A DNA stretch of 63,623 nt, filler included, from Sandaracinaceae bacterium (GCA_947483975.1; 6 parts of 6 records of this genome joined end to end with filler, not necessarily neighbours in it), one strand, 5' to 3'; numbered from the whole stretch's first letter, positions 52,655-63,623 are shown. Translations and numbers: made by a program. Notes: generated by a model from the letters alone, not told the origin.

Positions 52655-53082
52655 CTCGACTCCGTACTGCGCTCTCGCTGACCACGCTGGCCGCCCTGCT
52701 CGCGCTCGCCGCCCCGCTCTGCCTCGCCGCCCCGCTGCTCCTGACGGGCTGCGCCGACCCGAACCCCGCGCCCGTGCCCCCGGTCAAGGCGGACCTCGGC
52801 TCGGACGCGACGTTCGACGGCGGCGAGGTCGATGGCGGCGAGCTCGACGCGCACTTCCCCATCGACGGCGACCCCGGGCCGAAGGACTTCGGCAGCGACC
52901 TCGACGACGCCGCGCTCGACGACGCCGCGACGCCCGACGACGCCGCGCTCGATGACGCCGCAGCGCCCGATGACGCCGCAGCGCCCGACGACGGCGGACG
53001 CAGCGACGCGGGCCCGAGCGACGCGGGCGCGAGCGAGGACGCGAGCTACGCGGACTTCGGTCCGCCCGTCTCGTGCCTCGAC
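52651..53082 (+). CDS. Lipoprotein with DDAA/DAG repeats, 3'-truncated
   Basis: ATGA overlap with the upstream gene, lipobox LTGC. Confidence 0.72.
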
Positions 53083-53182
53083 NNNNNNNNNNNNNNNNNN
53101 NNNNNNNNNNNNNNNNNNNNNNNNNNTTAATTAATTAANNNNNNNNNNNNNNNNNNNNNNNNNNNNNNNNNNNNNNNNNNNN
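53083..53182. other. Artificial contig linker
   Basis: N run with TTAATTAATTAA. Confidence 0.99.
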
Positions 53183-54550
53183 ATCGCTCACCGCGGCCGA
53201 GCGCGCGGCGATCGCGGCCGCTGCGGCAGCGTCGCGCGACATCTCCGCTTGCGGCGCTTCCTCGCCGCGCAGCTCCATGCGCGCGCGCACCGCCGCGACC
53301 GCCGCGTCGACGTCGGCGCGCAGTCCGAGATACGCGGGCTGCCCGCGCAGCGCCTCGAGGCCGGGCAGCGCGCGCGCGTCACCGACGCAGCCGAGCGTCC
53401 GCACCGCCGAGGCGATCAGCCGCGCGTCGGGGGCTGAGAGCAGCGCGGTGATCGACTCGACGTCCTCGGCGCCGCCGAGCGTCTCGAGCGCTTCGAGCAC
53501 CGCGAGCAGCGAGCCCTCGTCGCGCACGGCGCGCAGTCCGCGCACATAGGCAGCGCCGCTCGTGTCCCCTTGCTCCCCGAGCGCGCCTGCGAGCACCGCG
53601 CGAGGTGCCTCCGGGATCGTGCGCTCGAAGGCGGCGCGCAGCAGCGGCAGCACGCGCGGATCCTCGATGCGTCGAAGCGCGCGCGCCGCATCGGTCGCGA
53701 GCACGGCGTCCGTGCCCGCGAGCAGGGAGCCCAACGCGGGGACCAAGCGCGGGTCGCCCGCGTGCCGCAGCGCCGCGACGAGCGCGCGTCGGGCGTCGAG
53801 GGACGCGAGGCCGTCCGCGCCCTCGAGCACCGCGCCGACGTGGTCCACGAGCCGGTCAGGCAGATCGCGCAGCCGGAGCAGCAGCAGCGAGCGGCTCTCG
53901 CTCGGGAGCGCCACGACCGGGTCCTCCGGGTCCTCGCCCTCCCAGAAGCGCTGTACCGCGCCCGATACCTCCGTGACGGCCGGGCCAAACGCCTCGCGCT
54001 CGGCTCGCTCCTCGCGCCCCGCGTTCCCCGGCAGCGCGGCGAGCGCCTCGGAGACCTCGTACACGATCTCCACGTCGCGGCTGGAGGTCAGCGCCTGCAT
54101 GACCGTACGTAGCTCCTCGGCGGCGCGCTCTTTCACGCGCTCCTTCGAGTGCTCGCCGACGAGCTGCACGAGGCGCCGCACCGCCGCGCGCCGCAGCCGC
54201 AGCGGGCCTGCGTGCATGACGGCGACGAGCGTGCGGACATCGGCGAGCTCGAACACTCCGGTGCGCTCGTCCTGGCCCGCGGCCGCCGCCCCGAGGCGCC
54301 CGAGGAACGACGCGTCGGCGCTCCTCGGTAGCTCTGTCGCCGCCGTCCGAGCCTCGCGCGCAGGCGGCGGTCCGCTGCGCACCTCGAGCGCGCGGAGGTG
54401 CGCGTCGGTCACTTCTTGGACCAGCGCGCGGGCGACCACGCGGTCCTCCTCGCCCTCCGCCAAGCCGAGCGCGCGCCGCACCGCAGGCTCGTCGCCCGCG
54501 CCCGTCCCGCTCCGCAGCGCCCGCAGTAGCTCCTGTCGCTCCGCGGCCAC
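53183..54550 (-). CDS. HEAT-repeat protein, 3'-truncated
   Basis: AL..GDPRLVPAL, ALRRIEDPRVLPLL and LGCVGDARALPGL repeats. Confidence 0.78.
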
Positions 54551-54554
54551 GCGC

Positions 54555-56144
54555 TCAGCTCTCCCGCGAGGCCAGCGCCAGCCGGAAGAGCCCCGCGCTC
54601 GTCGCCGCGAGCACCGTCGTGCCGATGCGCCCCGCTCGCACGTCCAGCCCGAGGACTCGATTGTCGCCCTCCGCGTCACCGAGCGCCTCGATCGAGCGCG
54701 CGTCGCGCTCCGCCGCGACGTCGAGCAGCACCGCGCTCACGCCGTCCGGTCCGCGGCGCACCAGCACTCCCCGGTCGACCCCCGCGTAGAACACGCCCGC
54801 GTAAAGCGCGACTCCGCCAAGCTCCCTCGCGAGCGCCACGACGCCCGCGCCCGCAAGCTCCCCGAGCCGCGCCCAGCTGACACCGGCGTCGGTCGAGACG
54901 TGCGGCCCCTCGGCGTCGCGCTCGTGTGAGATGACGATGACGTCCCCAAGCGCCGCCAGCGCCGGTTCGTCGCCCGACATGAAGCCCGCCGCCCCGCTCG
55001 CGGCGCTGCCAGGCGCATCACGCATGAGCCATCGCGCGCCGCCATCCGACGAGCGCGCGATCTGCGCGGCGCCCCGCCCACCGGTCAGCACCACGACGCC
55101 GCCACCCGCCGCGTCCACCGCGAGCGCCCTCGCCGGTCCGAGCAGCAGCGGCCCTGCCCAGGTCTCGCCAAAGTCTTCGCTGCGATAGAGCGCGCCCGAG
55201 CGCGTCCTCGCCCAGAGGCGCGAGCCGCCCACATGCGGCTCGATCGCGACGTACAGCGCCACCTCGGGCGCGCCCTCGCGGCGCTGCCAGGCGTTGAAGG
55301 TATCAAACGTTGCACCGCCGTCCAGGGACACGAGCACCCCCGCCATGCGAGTGCCAACCGCGATACGTTGCGGGTCCGTAGGGTCGACGGCGATCGAGGT
55401 GGTCCCTTCGCCGGACAGACCGTCGGCGTCGAGCGTGACCACGCCGCTGTCTCCTGCGCGATACAGCGCCTCGAGCCCGCCTGCGACCAGCGTGTCCCCC
55501 GAGCGCGCGACGCACGTCAGCGCATCGTCTTCCGGCCCGAGGTAGCTGATCGCGAGCGTCCCGTCGTCCGGGTGCCGCGGCAGCGTCGTGCCCCCGAGGC
55601 GCGGCTCCGCGTCGTCGGAGAGATCGACCCCGTCGAGGTCGCCCGCCTCGCGGACGTCGAGGTCGTCGGCGGCCTCGTCGAGGTTCGCCGTCGCGAGCGG
55701 TTCGAGCGCAGGTAGATCCGAGTCGTCGTCCGACCCAGTGCCGGCTCCCTCGTCGTCGTCGACGCCCTCTTCACCGCGGTCCGCGACGGCGACGCTCTCC
55801 CCGTCATCGTCCGTGAGATCGTCGTCCTCATCGTCCGCGAGCGGTCCCGCCTCGTCAGCGGCGCTCCAGGTCGCCTCGCCCTCGTCGCCGAAGTCCTCTT
55901 CGCCGTCGTCGAGGTCGTCCGACTCCTCCGAGCCCTTGGTCCACGCCTCGTCCTCGTCCGAGTCGCCGGTGGGCTCGTCCTCCTCGCCGTCGATGCCGAG
56001 GGCGGCGTCGAGCCCGACGTCCTCTTCCTCGGTGAGCTCGTCGGCGCCTTCGTCCTCCTCGCCGATGCCAGAGGCGGGCTCGTCGTCCCCGTCGAGCGGA
56101 GGCAACCCAGGCAGCAGATCATCGTCGACGTTCGGTCGGGCCAC
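54555..56144 (-). CDS. Protein with ~190-aa acidic N-terminus and BNR/Asp-box beta-propeller
   Basis: SLDGGATF, SEDFGETW, SSDGGARW and STDAGVSW Asp-boxes. No signal peptide. Confidence 0.8.
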   Translation of the reverse strand: MARPNVDDDLLPGLPPLDGDDEPASGIGEEDEGADELTEEEDVGLDAALGIDGEEDEPTGDSDEDEAWTKGSEESDDLDDGEEDFGDEGEATWSAADEAGPLADDEDDDLTDDDGESVAVADRGEEGVDDDEGAGTGSDDDSDLPALEPLATANLDEAADDLDVREAGDLDGVDLSDDAEPRLGGTTLPRHPDDGTLAISYLGPEDDALTCVARSGDTLVAGGLEALYRAGDSGVVTLDADGLSGEGTTSIAVDPTDPQRIAVGTRMAGVLVSLDGGATFDTFNAWQRREGAPEVALYVAIEPHVGGSRLWARTRSGALYRSEDFGETWAGPLLLGPARALAVDAAGGGVVVLTGGRGAAQIARSSDGGARWLMRDAPGSAASGAAGFMSGDEPALAALGDVIVISHERDAEGPHVSTDAGVSWARLGELAGAGVVALARELGGVALYAGVFYAGVDRGVLVRRGPDGVSAVLLDVAAERDARSIEALGDAEGDNRVLGLDVRAGRIGTTVLAATSAGLFRLALASRES

Positions 56145-56238
56145 GCGCGCAATGTGCGTCGGCCGCGCGCGTTTGGCTACCGACCGCGCGACGGTCGGCG
56201 ACCGTCCACTCAGCGACCTTCGAGCCCCCGGTCCGCGG

Positions 56239-57063
56239 CTAGCGGCTGACCCCGAGCTTCGCCATCACCGCCTGCAAGTCGCTCCACACGGGGCGCTTCA
56301 GCTCCGCGGAGCGCAGCACCTCAGCGGGCGCGTGCGTCGCGATCAGCGGCACGCCGCGCCACGCCGACCAGATCCCTCGCCAGTCACCGCGCTCCGTGGT
56401 CGCGCCGCCGAGCGCCTCCGCCGCGCCTCGCCCGAGCGCGACGATCACCTTGGGCCGCAGCGCCTCCAGCTGCGCGACGTAGAACGGCTCGCACGCCGCA
56501 GCCTCCGCGGGCGATGCGCTCCGAGCGGTCGCCGACCGGCACTTCATCACCTGACAGAGGTACACGGCGTCCCGCGCGAACCCCATCGCGCCGATCATCT
56601 TGTCGAGCAGCTCCCCCGCCGGGCCCGCGAAGGGCTCCCCCGCGCGGTCGTCGTCGGCGCTCGGACCTTCCCCGACGAACACGAGCGTGGCGTCGGGGTT
56701 GCCGCGCGCGAACACGCCCCTCGTCCGGCTCGCGTGCCGAGCGCAGCGCGTGCAGTCGCTCGCCTGCTCCGCCAGCGCAGCGAGCACGACGGCGCGCTCG
56801 CCCGTCGGCACCACGATGGGCCCCTGCGCGGGGGTGACGGGCGCGATGGGCGCGACGGGCCTGACGGCTGCCACCAATGCGGCGGCCTTCGGCGCGATGT
56901 CGTCCGCGGTCACCGCCGCGATCAGCGCGTCCACGGCGCCGCGCCGCCCGGACACCGGCGCGGCGACCACTGGCCAGCCGCTGCCGCTGAGCTCCGTCTC
57001 CCACGCCGCGTGCGCGCGCAGCGCCGTCGCGAGCTCTCGGATCTCGTCGTCGTCTCCAGCCAT
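56239..57063 (-). CDS. Uracil-DNA glycosylase family 4-like (Fe-S)
   Basis: CTRC, VFVGEGP, PFAGPAGELLDKM, KCR, ACEPF, PKVIVALGRGA, VWSDL. Confidence 0.85.
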   Translation of the reverse strand: MAGDDDEIRELATALRAHAAWETELSGSGWPVVAAPVSGRRGAVDALIAAVTADDIAPKAAALVAAVRPVAPIAPVTPAQGPIVVPTGERAVVLAALAEQASDCTRCARHASRTRGVFARGNPDATLVFVGEGPSADDDRAGEPFAGPAGELLDKMIGAMGFARDAVYLCQVMKCRSATARSASPAEAAACEPFYVAQLEALRPKVIVALGRGAAEALGGATTERGDWRGIWSAWRGVPLIATHAPAEVLRSAELKRPVWSDLQAVMAKLGVSR

Positions 57064-57073
57064 GCGCCTCTCG

Positions 57074-58042
57074 CTAGCCGTTCGGCGCCGTCGTCGCAAG
57101 CCCCACGGCGACGACCCCGCTCGCGGTCACCACCGCGTCGCGCGCGCTCTCGTCGACGCGCGCCCCATCCCAGACGACGACTCGCTCGAGCGTGACGCCA
57201 GCCCCGACGACCGCGCCCTCCCCGATCACACAGTCGATGAGCCGCGCGCTCTCGTGCACCTGCGCGCCCGCCGCGATGAGCGTGCCGCTCGGGCTCGGCG
57301 ACACATACGGCGACGCGAGCCTGCCCGACGCGAGCTCGAGGTTTCCGTCGAGGTACTCGCGCAGCGTCCCGAGGTCTCGCCACGGCGACTCGTCGAGCAC
57401 CGCGCCGACGAGCTGCCCCGCGTCGATCCAGCGCCGATACGCCGAGCGCACGATGCAGCCCTGCGTCGGCAAGTCCGCGAACGCGCGCCTCGACAGCAGG
57501 TGCACGCCCGTGAACGTCACCGGCGCGAGCCCCGGAGGCGGCACGGCGGGCAGCTGATGCAGGCGCCGCACGCTCGCGCTCGGCGCGTCGATCTCGACGG
57601 CGCCATGCCCGTCGCTGCCCGGCGTCGCCCGCACGATCATCGTCGCGATCGCGCCCGACGCGCGGTGCTGCGCGAGCGCGCGCGGCAGGTCCGGCGCGAA
57701 GACGACGTCGCCGTTCATCACGACGATCACCTCGTCGTCGGCGGCGCCACTGAGCAGCGCGCTCGCCGCATGACGCAGCCCGCCGCCGGTTCCGAGCAAC
57801 TGCGCCTCCTGCACGTAGCTGACGCGCAGCCCCGCGGGCATGTGCGCGGCCATCAGCCCCGGCAGCCGCTCGCCGAGGTGGTGCGTGTTCACGACGACGT
57901 GCTCGGCGCCCGCGGCGGCCAAGTGCGCGAGGGCGAGCGACGCGAGCGGGCGATTCGCGACCGGCACCCCCGGCTTCGGACGCTCGTTCGTCAGCGGCAA
58001 GAGCCGCGTCCCGAGCCCAGCAGCGAAGACCATGGCGCGCAT
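57074..58042 (-). CDS. NDP-sugar synthase / nucleotidyltransferase
   Basis: AMVFAAGLGTRLLPLT..PKP, LGTGGGL, MNGD, C-terminal hexapeptide repeats. Confidence 0.88.
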   Translation of the reverse strand: MRAMVFAAGLGTRLLPLTNERPKPGVPVANRPLASLALAHLAAAGAEHVVVNTHHLGERLPGLMAAHMPAGLRVSYVQEAQLLGTGGGLRHAASALLSGAADDEVIVVMNGDVVFAPDLPRALAQHRASGAIATMIVRATPGSDGHGAVEIDAPSASVRRLHQLPAVPPPGLAPVTFTGVHLLSRRAFADLPTQGCIVRSAYRRWIDAGQLVGAVLDESPWRDLGTLREYLDGNLELASGRLASPYVSPSPSGTLIAAGAQVHESARLIDCVIGEGAVVGAGVTLERVVVWDGARVDESARDAVVTASGVVAVGLATTAPNG

Positions 58043-58154
58043 CGCCGCATCGCTACGCGCGCCCGCCGATCCCGTCAACAACGCGGCGCAAAACGGCGGC
58101 GCCCGTGCGCTGAGCCGCGCGGGACCGGCGTGCTACCGTCCGGCCACCAAGACG

Positions 58155-59147
58155 ATGACAGCCGCCCCCCCGCTCGCGCTCGATCGCACGCGGCCGACCA
58201 TCGGCGTCGTCGTCAATCCCAAGGCGCGTCGGCACCGCCGCGACCCCGAGGCGACCTCGCGCCTGCGCTCGGCGGTCGGTCGGCAGGGCCTCGTCCGCGA
58301 GGCGCATGACCTCGAGGAGCTCGCGCAGATCGCCGACGAATTCCGCCAGGCGCGCCTCGAGGTCCTCGCCATCGGCGGCGGAGACGGCACCAACACGACG
58401 ACGCTGACGGTCTTCGCCCGCGTCTACGGTGACGAGCCGCTCCCGGCGGTCGCGCTGCTCCGCGGCGGCACGATGAACACCGTCGCGAACGGCCTCGGCG
58501 TGCCGCGCCTCACCCCGGACGCCCTCCTCCGCCGCCTCGCGCTGGCCGCCCGCGACGGCGAGACGCTGCCCACGCACGACAACGCGACGATCGACGTCGG
58601 CGGCCGCCTCGGCTTCCTGTTTGGCACCGGGATCTTCCGCAGCTTCCTCGACGAGTACTACGCCGCGGGCCCCGACCCGACGCCCATCACGGCGGCCAGC
58701 ACCTTCACGCGGATCGCCTCCTCGATCGCCGTCCAAGGGGCGCTCGCCAAGCGCTTGATGGCCCCCATCGACGTGCAGATCGAGGCCGACGGCGCCCGGT
58801 GGAGCGCGGGGCCGTACCTCGCGGTCGCGGCCGGCACCGTCGATCAGGTCGGCCTAGGCTTCCGCCCATTTCACCGCGCGTTCGACCGCGCCGACGCGTT
58901 CCATCTGCTCGCCCTGCGCTGCACCGCGCTCGAGGCGCTGCTGCAGCTCCCGCGCATCCATCGGGGCGAGCATCTGCCGGCATCGCTCGTCCGCGAGGGC
59001 CTCGTCCGCGACGCCGTGCTCACCTCCCGCGACGCCTCCGTTCGCTACATGGTCGACGGGGATCTGCTCGAGAGCAGCGGCCCGCTCAGGCTCCGCGCCG
59101 GCCCGTCGGTGCGCGTCGTCGGACAGCCGCCTGCTCGCGGCGTTTGA
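58155..59147 (+). CDS. Diacylglycerol/lipid kinase family protein
   Basis: VVVNP, GGGDGT, LRGGTMN and YMVDGD motifs. Confidence 0.88.
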   Translation: MTAAPPLALDRTRPTIGVVVNPKARRHRRDPEATSRLRSAVGRQGLVREAHDLEELAQIADEFRQARLEVLAIGGGDGTNTTTLTVFARVYGDEPLPAVALLRGGTMNTVANGLGVPRLTPDALLRRLALAARDGETLPTHDNATIDVGGRLGFLFGTGIFRSFLDEYYAAGPDPTPITAASTFTRIASSIAVQGALAKRLMAPIDVQIEADGARWSAGPYLAVAAGTVDQVGLGFRPFHRAFDRADAFHLLALRCTALEALLQLPRIHRGEHLPASLVREGLVRDAVLTSRDASVRYMVDGDLLESSGPLRLRAGPSVRVVGQPPARGV

Positions 59148-59203
59148 CGCGCACACACGGGGCGCGGTAGCGTGCCCCACCGTAATCCGGAGGGTTTTCG
59201 TCC

Positions 59204-59983
59204 GTGAGCTCGAACGCACGCCTCCTCGTCGCCGGCGAGACCAACGTCGGAATGAAGCGCAACCACAACGAGGACAACTTCGCCGTCCTCGAAGAGGAGA
59301 AGCTGTTCGTCGTCGCCGACGGCATGGGGGGTCACGCCTCCGGCGAGGTCGCCAGCCAGATGGCGATCGACACCCTGCGCGAGTTCTTCCGCGCCACGAG
59401 CCAGGACCCCGAGGCGACCTGGCCGTACAAGATGGACAAAGCGCGGGGTTACGAAGAAAACCGCCTGATCACGGGCGTCAAGCTCGCGAACCTGCGCATC
59501 TTCGAGAGCGCGCAGCGCGACGCCGCGCAGCGAGGCATGGGGACGACGCTCGTCGCCATCCTCGTCGTCGACGACGGCGTGCTCGTCGGTCACGTCGGCG
59601 ACAGCCGCGTCTACCGGTGGCGCGACAACAAGCTCGATCAGCTGACCGAGGACCACTCGCTGCTGAACGACTACATCAAGATGAAGCGGCTCAGCGAGGA
59701 AGAGATCGCCAACTTCCCGCACAAGAACGTCATCGTGCGCGCGCTCGGCATGAAGGACTCGGTCAAGGTCGACACCATCCTCGACCCGCCCAAGCCCGGC
59801 GACATCTACATGCTCTGCTCGGACGGCCTCAGCGGCCCCGTGACGGACGAGGAGATCGCCGAGATCATGAGCGCAACGCACGAACTCCGCGCGGCCTGCA
59901 GCCGCCTGATCGAGCGCGCGAACGCCAACGGCGGCCCAGACAACGTAACCGTCGTCATGTGCAAGTGGGTCGGCGCGGGCTGA
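59204..59983 (+). CDS. pph1: PP2C-type Ser/Thr phosphatase (Myxococcus Pph1-like)
   Basis: VGMKRNHNED, VADGMGGH, ATWPYKMDK, GMGTT, HVGDSR, CSDGL and GGPDN motifs. Confidence 0.88.
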   Translation: MSSNARLLVAGETNVGMKRNHNEDNFAVLEEEKLFVVADGMGGHASGEVASQMAIDTLREFFRATSQDPEATWPYKMDKARGYEENRLITGVKLANLRIFESAQRDAAQRGMGTTLVAILVVDDGVLVGHVGDSRVYRWRDNKLDQLTEDHSLLNDYIKMKRLSEEEIANFPHKNVIVRALGMKDSVKVDTILDPPKPGDIYMLCSDGLSGPVTDEEIAEIMSATHELRAACSRLIERANANGGPDNVTVVMCKWVGAG

Positions 59984-60061
59984 CCTGCGCGCGCTTCGTC
60001 AGTCTCAACACGCACGTCGCCGCCTGGCGGATAGAACCTCGTTCGGCACGCCGCTCGGCAT

Positions 60062-60097
60062 CCTCTCCCCAGCCCTCTCCCTCCACGGGAGAGGGGG
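60062..60097. repeat. REP-like palindrome
   Basis: CCTCTCCCCAGCCCTCTCCCTCCACGGGAGAGGGGG. Confidence 0.75.
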
Positions 60098-60203
60098 CAG
60101 AGCGGCTCGCGCCGCCTAGACATTTCTCGAAGGGGCGGCGAAGCACCGTCGGGTGCGCTACACCGCCCGCGCTCGCGGACGCTCCAACACGAGGACAACA
60201 ACG

Positions 60204-61510
60204 ATGCGTATCTGCATGGTCGGCTCTGGCTACGTCGGTCTGGTCTCGGGTCCGGGGTTCGCGGAGACCGGCAACGAGGTCATCTGCGCGGACATCGACG
60301 CGACCAAGATCGAGCGCCTGAACGCCGGTGAGATCCCGATCTTCGAGCCGGGCCTCGAGGAGCTCGTCGAGCGCAACGTCAAGGGCGGGCGCCTGACCTT
60401 CTCGAGCGACGTCGGCGCCGCGATCGCGAGCGCGCAGATCATCTTCATCGGCGTCGGCACGCCGCCCCGCCCCGACGGTGGCGCGGACCTCAGCGCCGTC
60501 GACGCCGTCGCGAAGCTCGTCGCTGAGCGCGCCGAGCGCGAGGTCGTGCTCGTCGCCAAGAGCACCGTGCCCGTCGGCACCAACGCCCGCCTCAAGGCCA
60601 TCGTCGCCGGGGCCAAGCACAAGGTGCACGTCGTCTCGAACCCCGAGTTCCTCAAAGAGGGCGACGCCGTCAACGACTTCCTCCGCCCGGACCGCGTCGT
60701 CGTCGGCGTCGATGCCGACGATACGTTCGCGCGCGACCTGATGGCCCGCCTCTATCACCCGCTCTGCCTCGACCGCGATCGCCTCGTGTGGATGGATCCG
60801 ACGAGCGCTGAGCTCACGAAGTACGTCGCCAACACCATGCTCGCGATGCGCATCTCGTTCATGAACGAGATCGCCGGCCTCTGCGACAAGGTCGGCGCCG
60901 ACGTGCACAGCGTCCGCATCGGCGTCGGCAGCGACTCGCGCATCGGCGGGAAGTTCCTCTACAGCGGCCCCGGCTACGGCGGCTCGTGCTTCCCGAAGGA
61001 CGTCACCGCGCTCGTGCACACCGCGCGCGAGCACGGCGTCGAGCTCGAGCTCGCAGACCTGACCGACAAGGTCAACCGCCGGCAGAAGACCGTCCTCTTC
61101 ACCAAGCTCAGCAAGCACCTCGGCGACCTGCGCGGCAAGCACATCGCCGTCTGGGGCATCGCGTTCAAGCCGCGCACCGACGACATCCGCGAGTCGCCGA
61201 GCCTGGCCCTGATGGACGCCCTCCTCGAGGCCGGCGCGACCGTCTCCGCGCACGATCCCGAGGCCGGCGTCCCGGCGCGCGAGCGCTACGGCAGCCGCAT
61301 CACCCTCGCCGACGACCACTACGCCGCGGCCAAGGACGCCGACGCGCTCGTGCTCGTCACCGAGTGGCGCCAGTACCAGAACCCCGACTTCGACCAGCTC
61401 AAGAAGCTGCTCAAGCGCCCGCTGCTGATCGACGGCCGCAACATCTGGTCCGGCTACGGCCTGCGCGCGCAGGGCTTCACCTACGACGGCATCGGCGTCC
61501 GGGGGACTTG

Positions 61511-61511
<1 letters not shown>
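60204..61511 (+). CDS. ugd: UDP-glucose 6-dehydrogenase
   Basis: [34 protein letters not shown] and [10 protein letters not shown] motifs. Confidence 0.95.
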
Positions 61512-62446
<935 letters not shown>

Positions 62447-62641
62447 GCGAGCGGCTCAGCGATTCGCCACGCGCAGCGGGCGCCCCGTGCGGCGCACGCG
62501 CTCGAGCGCGGCGACGCAAGTGGCCTTGAACTTCGAGATCGGCATGGAATCCATGGTCCCGATCGTTCCATGGTCAAACACCATGGTCCACGTGGGGCGG
62601 AGAGGTCGATCGCCCTCGGCGACGCCCCAATCGCTCGCTCC

Positions 62642-62914
62642 TCAGCCCGCGAACAGCTCGTCGAGCGTGGCCGCGACGAGGATGCGCTCCGTCCACAGGT
62701 CGAGGCTGGCCTCGTCAGCCGCGTCGAGGCGCGCGCGCGTAGCATCGCTGAGCGCGCCGAAGCGCAGGCGGATCAGCTTGGCGAGCGTCAGGCGGCGGCC
62801 CTCGGCCTTGCCCTCGGCCTTGCCCTCGGCCTTGCCCTCGGCCTTGTGTTTGGCCTCCTTCTTGGCCTCGTACTCGGCCTGCCATTCCGCTACGAGACTG
62901 TCGTACACGGTCAC
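62642..62914 (-). CDS. Putative nested small antitoxin (RpnS-like), 90 aa
   Basis: AAGGAGG (62926-62920), 5 nt, in-frame GTG, giving MTVYDSLVAEW. Confidence 0.65.
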   Translation of the reverse strand: MTVYDSLVAEWQAEYEAKKEAKHKAEGKAEGKAEGKAEGRRLTLAKLIRLRFGALSDATRARLDAADEASLDLWTERILVAATLDELFAG

Positions 62915-63623
62915 GAGATCCTCCTTCGCCCCAGAGGGCAGCGACGCGATGACCCGCCGGCCCGCCGCGGGCCCGCCCGCTTTCGTCCTTACAAGATACG
63001 CGAAGAGGGACAGGAACGCCGGGCGATCCTCGCGCGTCGCGGCGTCGAGAAGCTCGCTCGCCGCCGCGCTGTACACCTCGATCTCGGCGGTCGTCGTACG
63101 TGCGTCGCGCAGCAGGCGCAGCATCAGGCGGAGCACGCTCGTCGTCACGCGCGCCGCGATCTCCGCGTCCGACAGCGGCGTCACGTCCTCGAGCAGATAC
63201 GTCAGTCGCGGCACGAGCGGCCCCAGCGCGTCGAGCAGCGCGCGCGGCGCGTCGTACAGCTCGTCTAGCGCGAGCGCGCCCGTCCACGGCCGCTCGGTGT
63301 GCGAGAGCACGACCGACACGACCAGCGGCACGCGCGCGCTGCCCGCCCGCAGCACGCGCTCCTCGAAGATCCGTGCGACGTACACGAACAGCCGCAGCGC
63401 CATCAGCGGGTCCTCGGTGCTCTGGTGCTCGAAGAGCACGTAGACGAGTGCCTCGCGCGCTGGCACCTCGCGCTCCGGCGCCTCGCGCAGCGGCGTTTCG
63501 CGCGGAGGCTGAGCGCGGAACGGAACAGAGAACAGCAGATCCGACCGCCGCGTCCCGCCGTCGACGCGCACGTACTCCGTCGGCTCCGTGCGCAGCGCGC
63601 TCCAGTCGAGCGCCTCGCAAAGC
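62642..63623 (-). CDS. Rpn family (YhgA-like) nuclease, 5'-truncated
   Basis: LDWSAL, RSDLLFSV, VYVLFEHQS, MALRL, AEGK repeats, RFG..LDLWTERIL. Confidence 0.92.
   Translation of the reverse strand, partial: LCEALDWSALRTEPTEYVRVDGGTRRSDLLFSVPFRAQPPRETPLREAPEREVPAREALVYVLFEHQSTEDPLMALRLFVYVARIFEERVLRAGSARVPLVVSVVLSHTERPWTGALALDELYDAPRALLDALGPLVPRLTYLLEDVTPLSDAEIAARVTTSVLRLMLRLLRDARTTTAEIEVYSAAASELLDAATREDRPAFLSLFAYLVRTKAGGPAAGRRVIASLPSGAKEDLVTVYDSLVAEWQAEYEAKKEAKHKAEGKAEGKAEGKAEGRRLTLAKLIRLRFGALSDATRARLDAADEASLDLWTERILVAATLDELFAG

Overview
Very GC-rich bacterial DNA whose gene content (CdnL/CarD, Pph1-type phosphatase, TIGR02266-type PilZ protein, AgmX-type domain, PEGA-type Ser/Thr kinases, Cys-rich DAG-repeat lipoproteins) points to Myxococcota, probably Polyangia; this taxonomy is inference. 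The window is not one locus. It is six contigs (10621, 10558, 10528, 10526, 10449 and 10441 bp, in descending size) joined by artificial 100-bp N linkers containing TTAATTAATTAA, so synteny across linkers is meaningless. Most genes are housekeeping or envelope genes: RND pump, ALDH, speA, rluB with tRNA-fMet, acyl-CoA dehydrogenases, an NFACT/RqcH-like gene, RNase G/E, tolQRAB, pssA, GT-C glycosyltransferases, UDG and ugd-uxs. The most interesting signals are: (1) a ~475-nt, minus-strand-biased, highly structured non-coding region with a 27-bp-period hairpin array, directly behind a histone-H1-like gene; (2) three Rpn/YhgA nuclease genes, two tandem, of which the two with visible 3' ends carry strong internal SD+start signals consistent with nested antitoxins; (3) a shared AT-rich motif phased at 41-42 bp on two different contigs; (4) a Cys-rich lipoprotein ending in a Hint domain that lacks the His-Asn terminus; (5) a triple hairpin repeat in the RNase G/E leader. 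All family calls come from motif recognition by eye; no searches were run.
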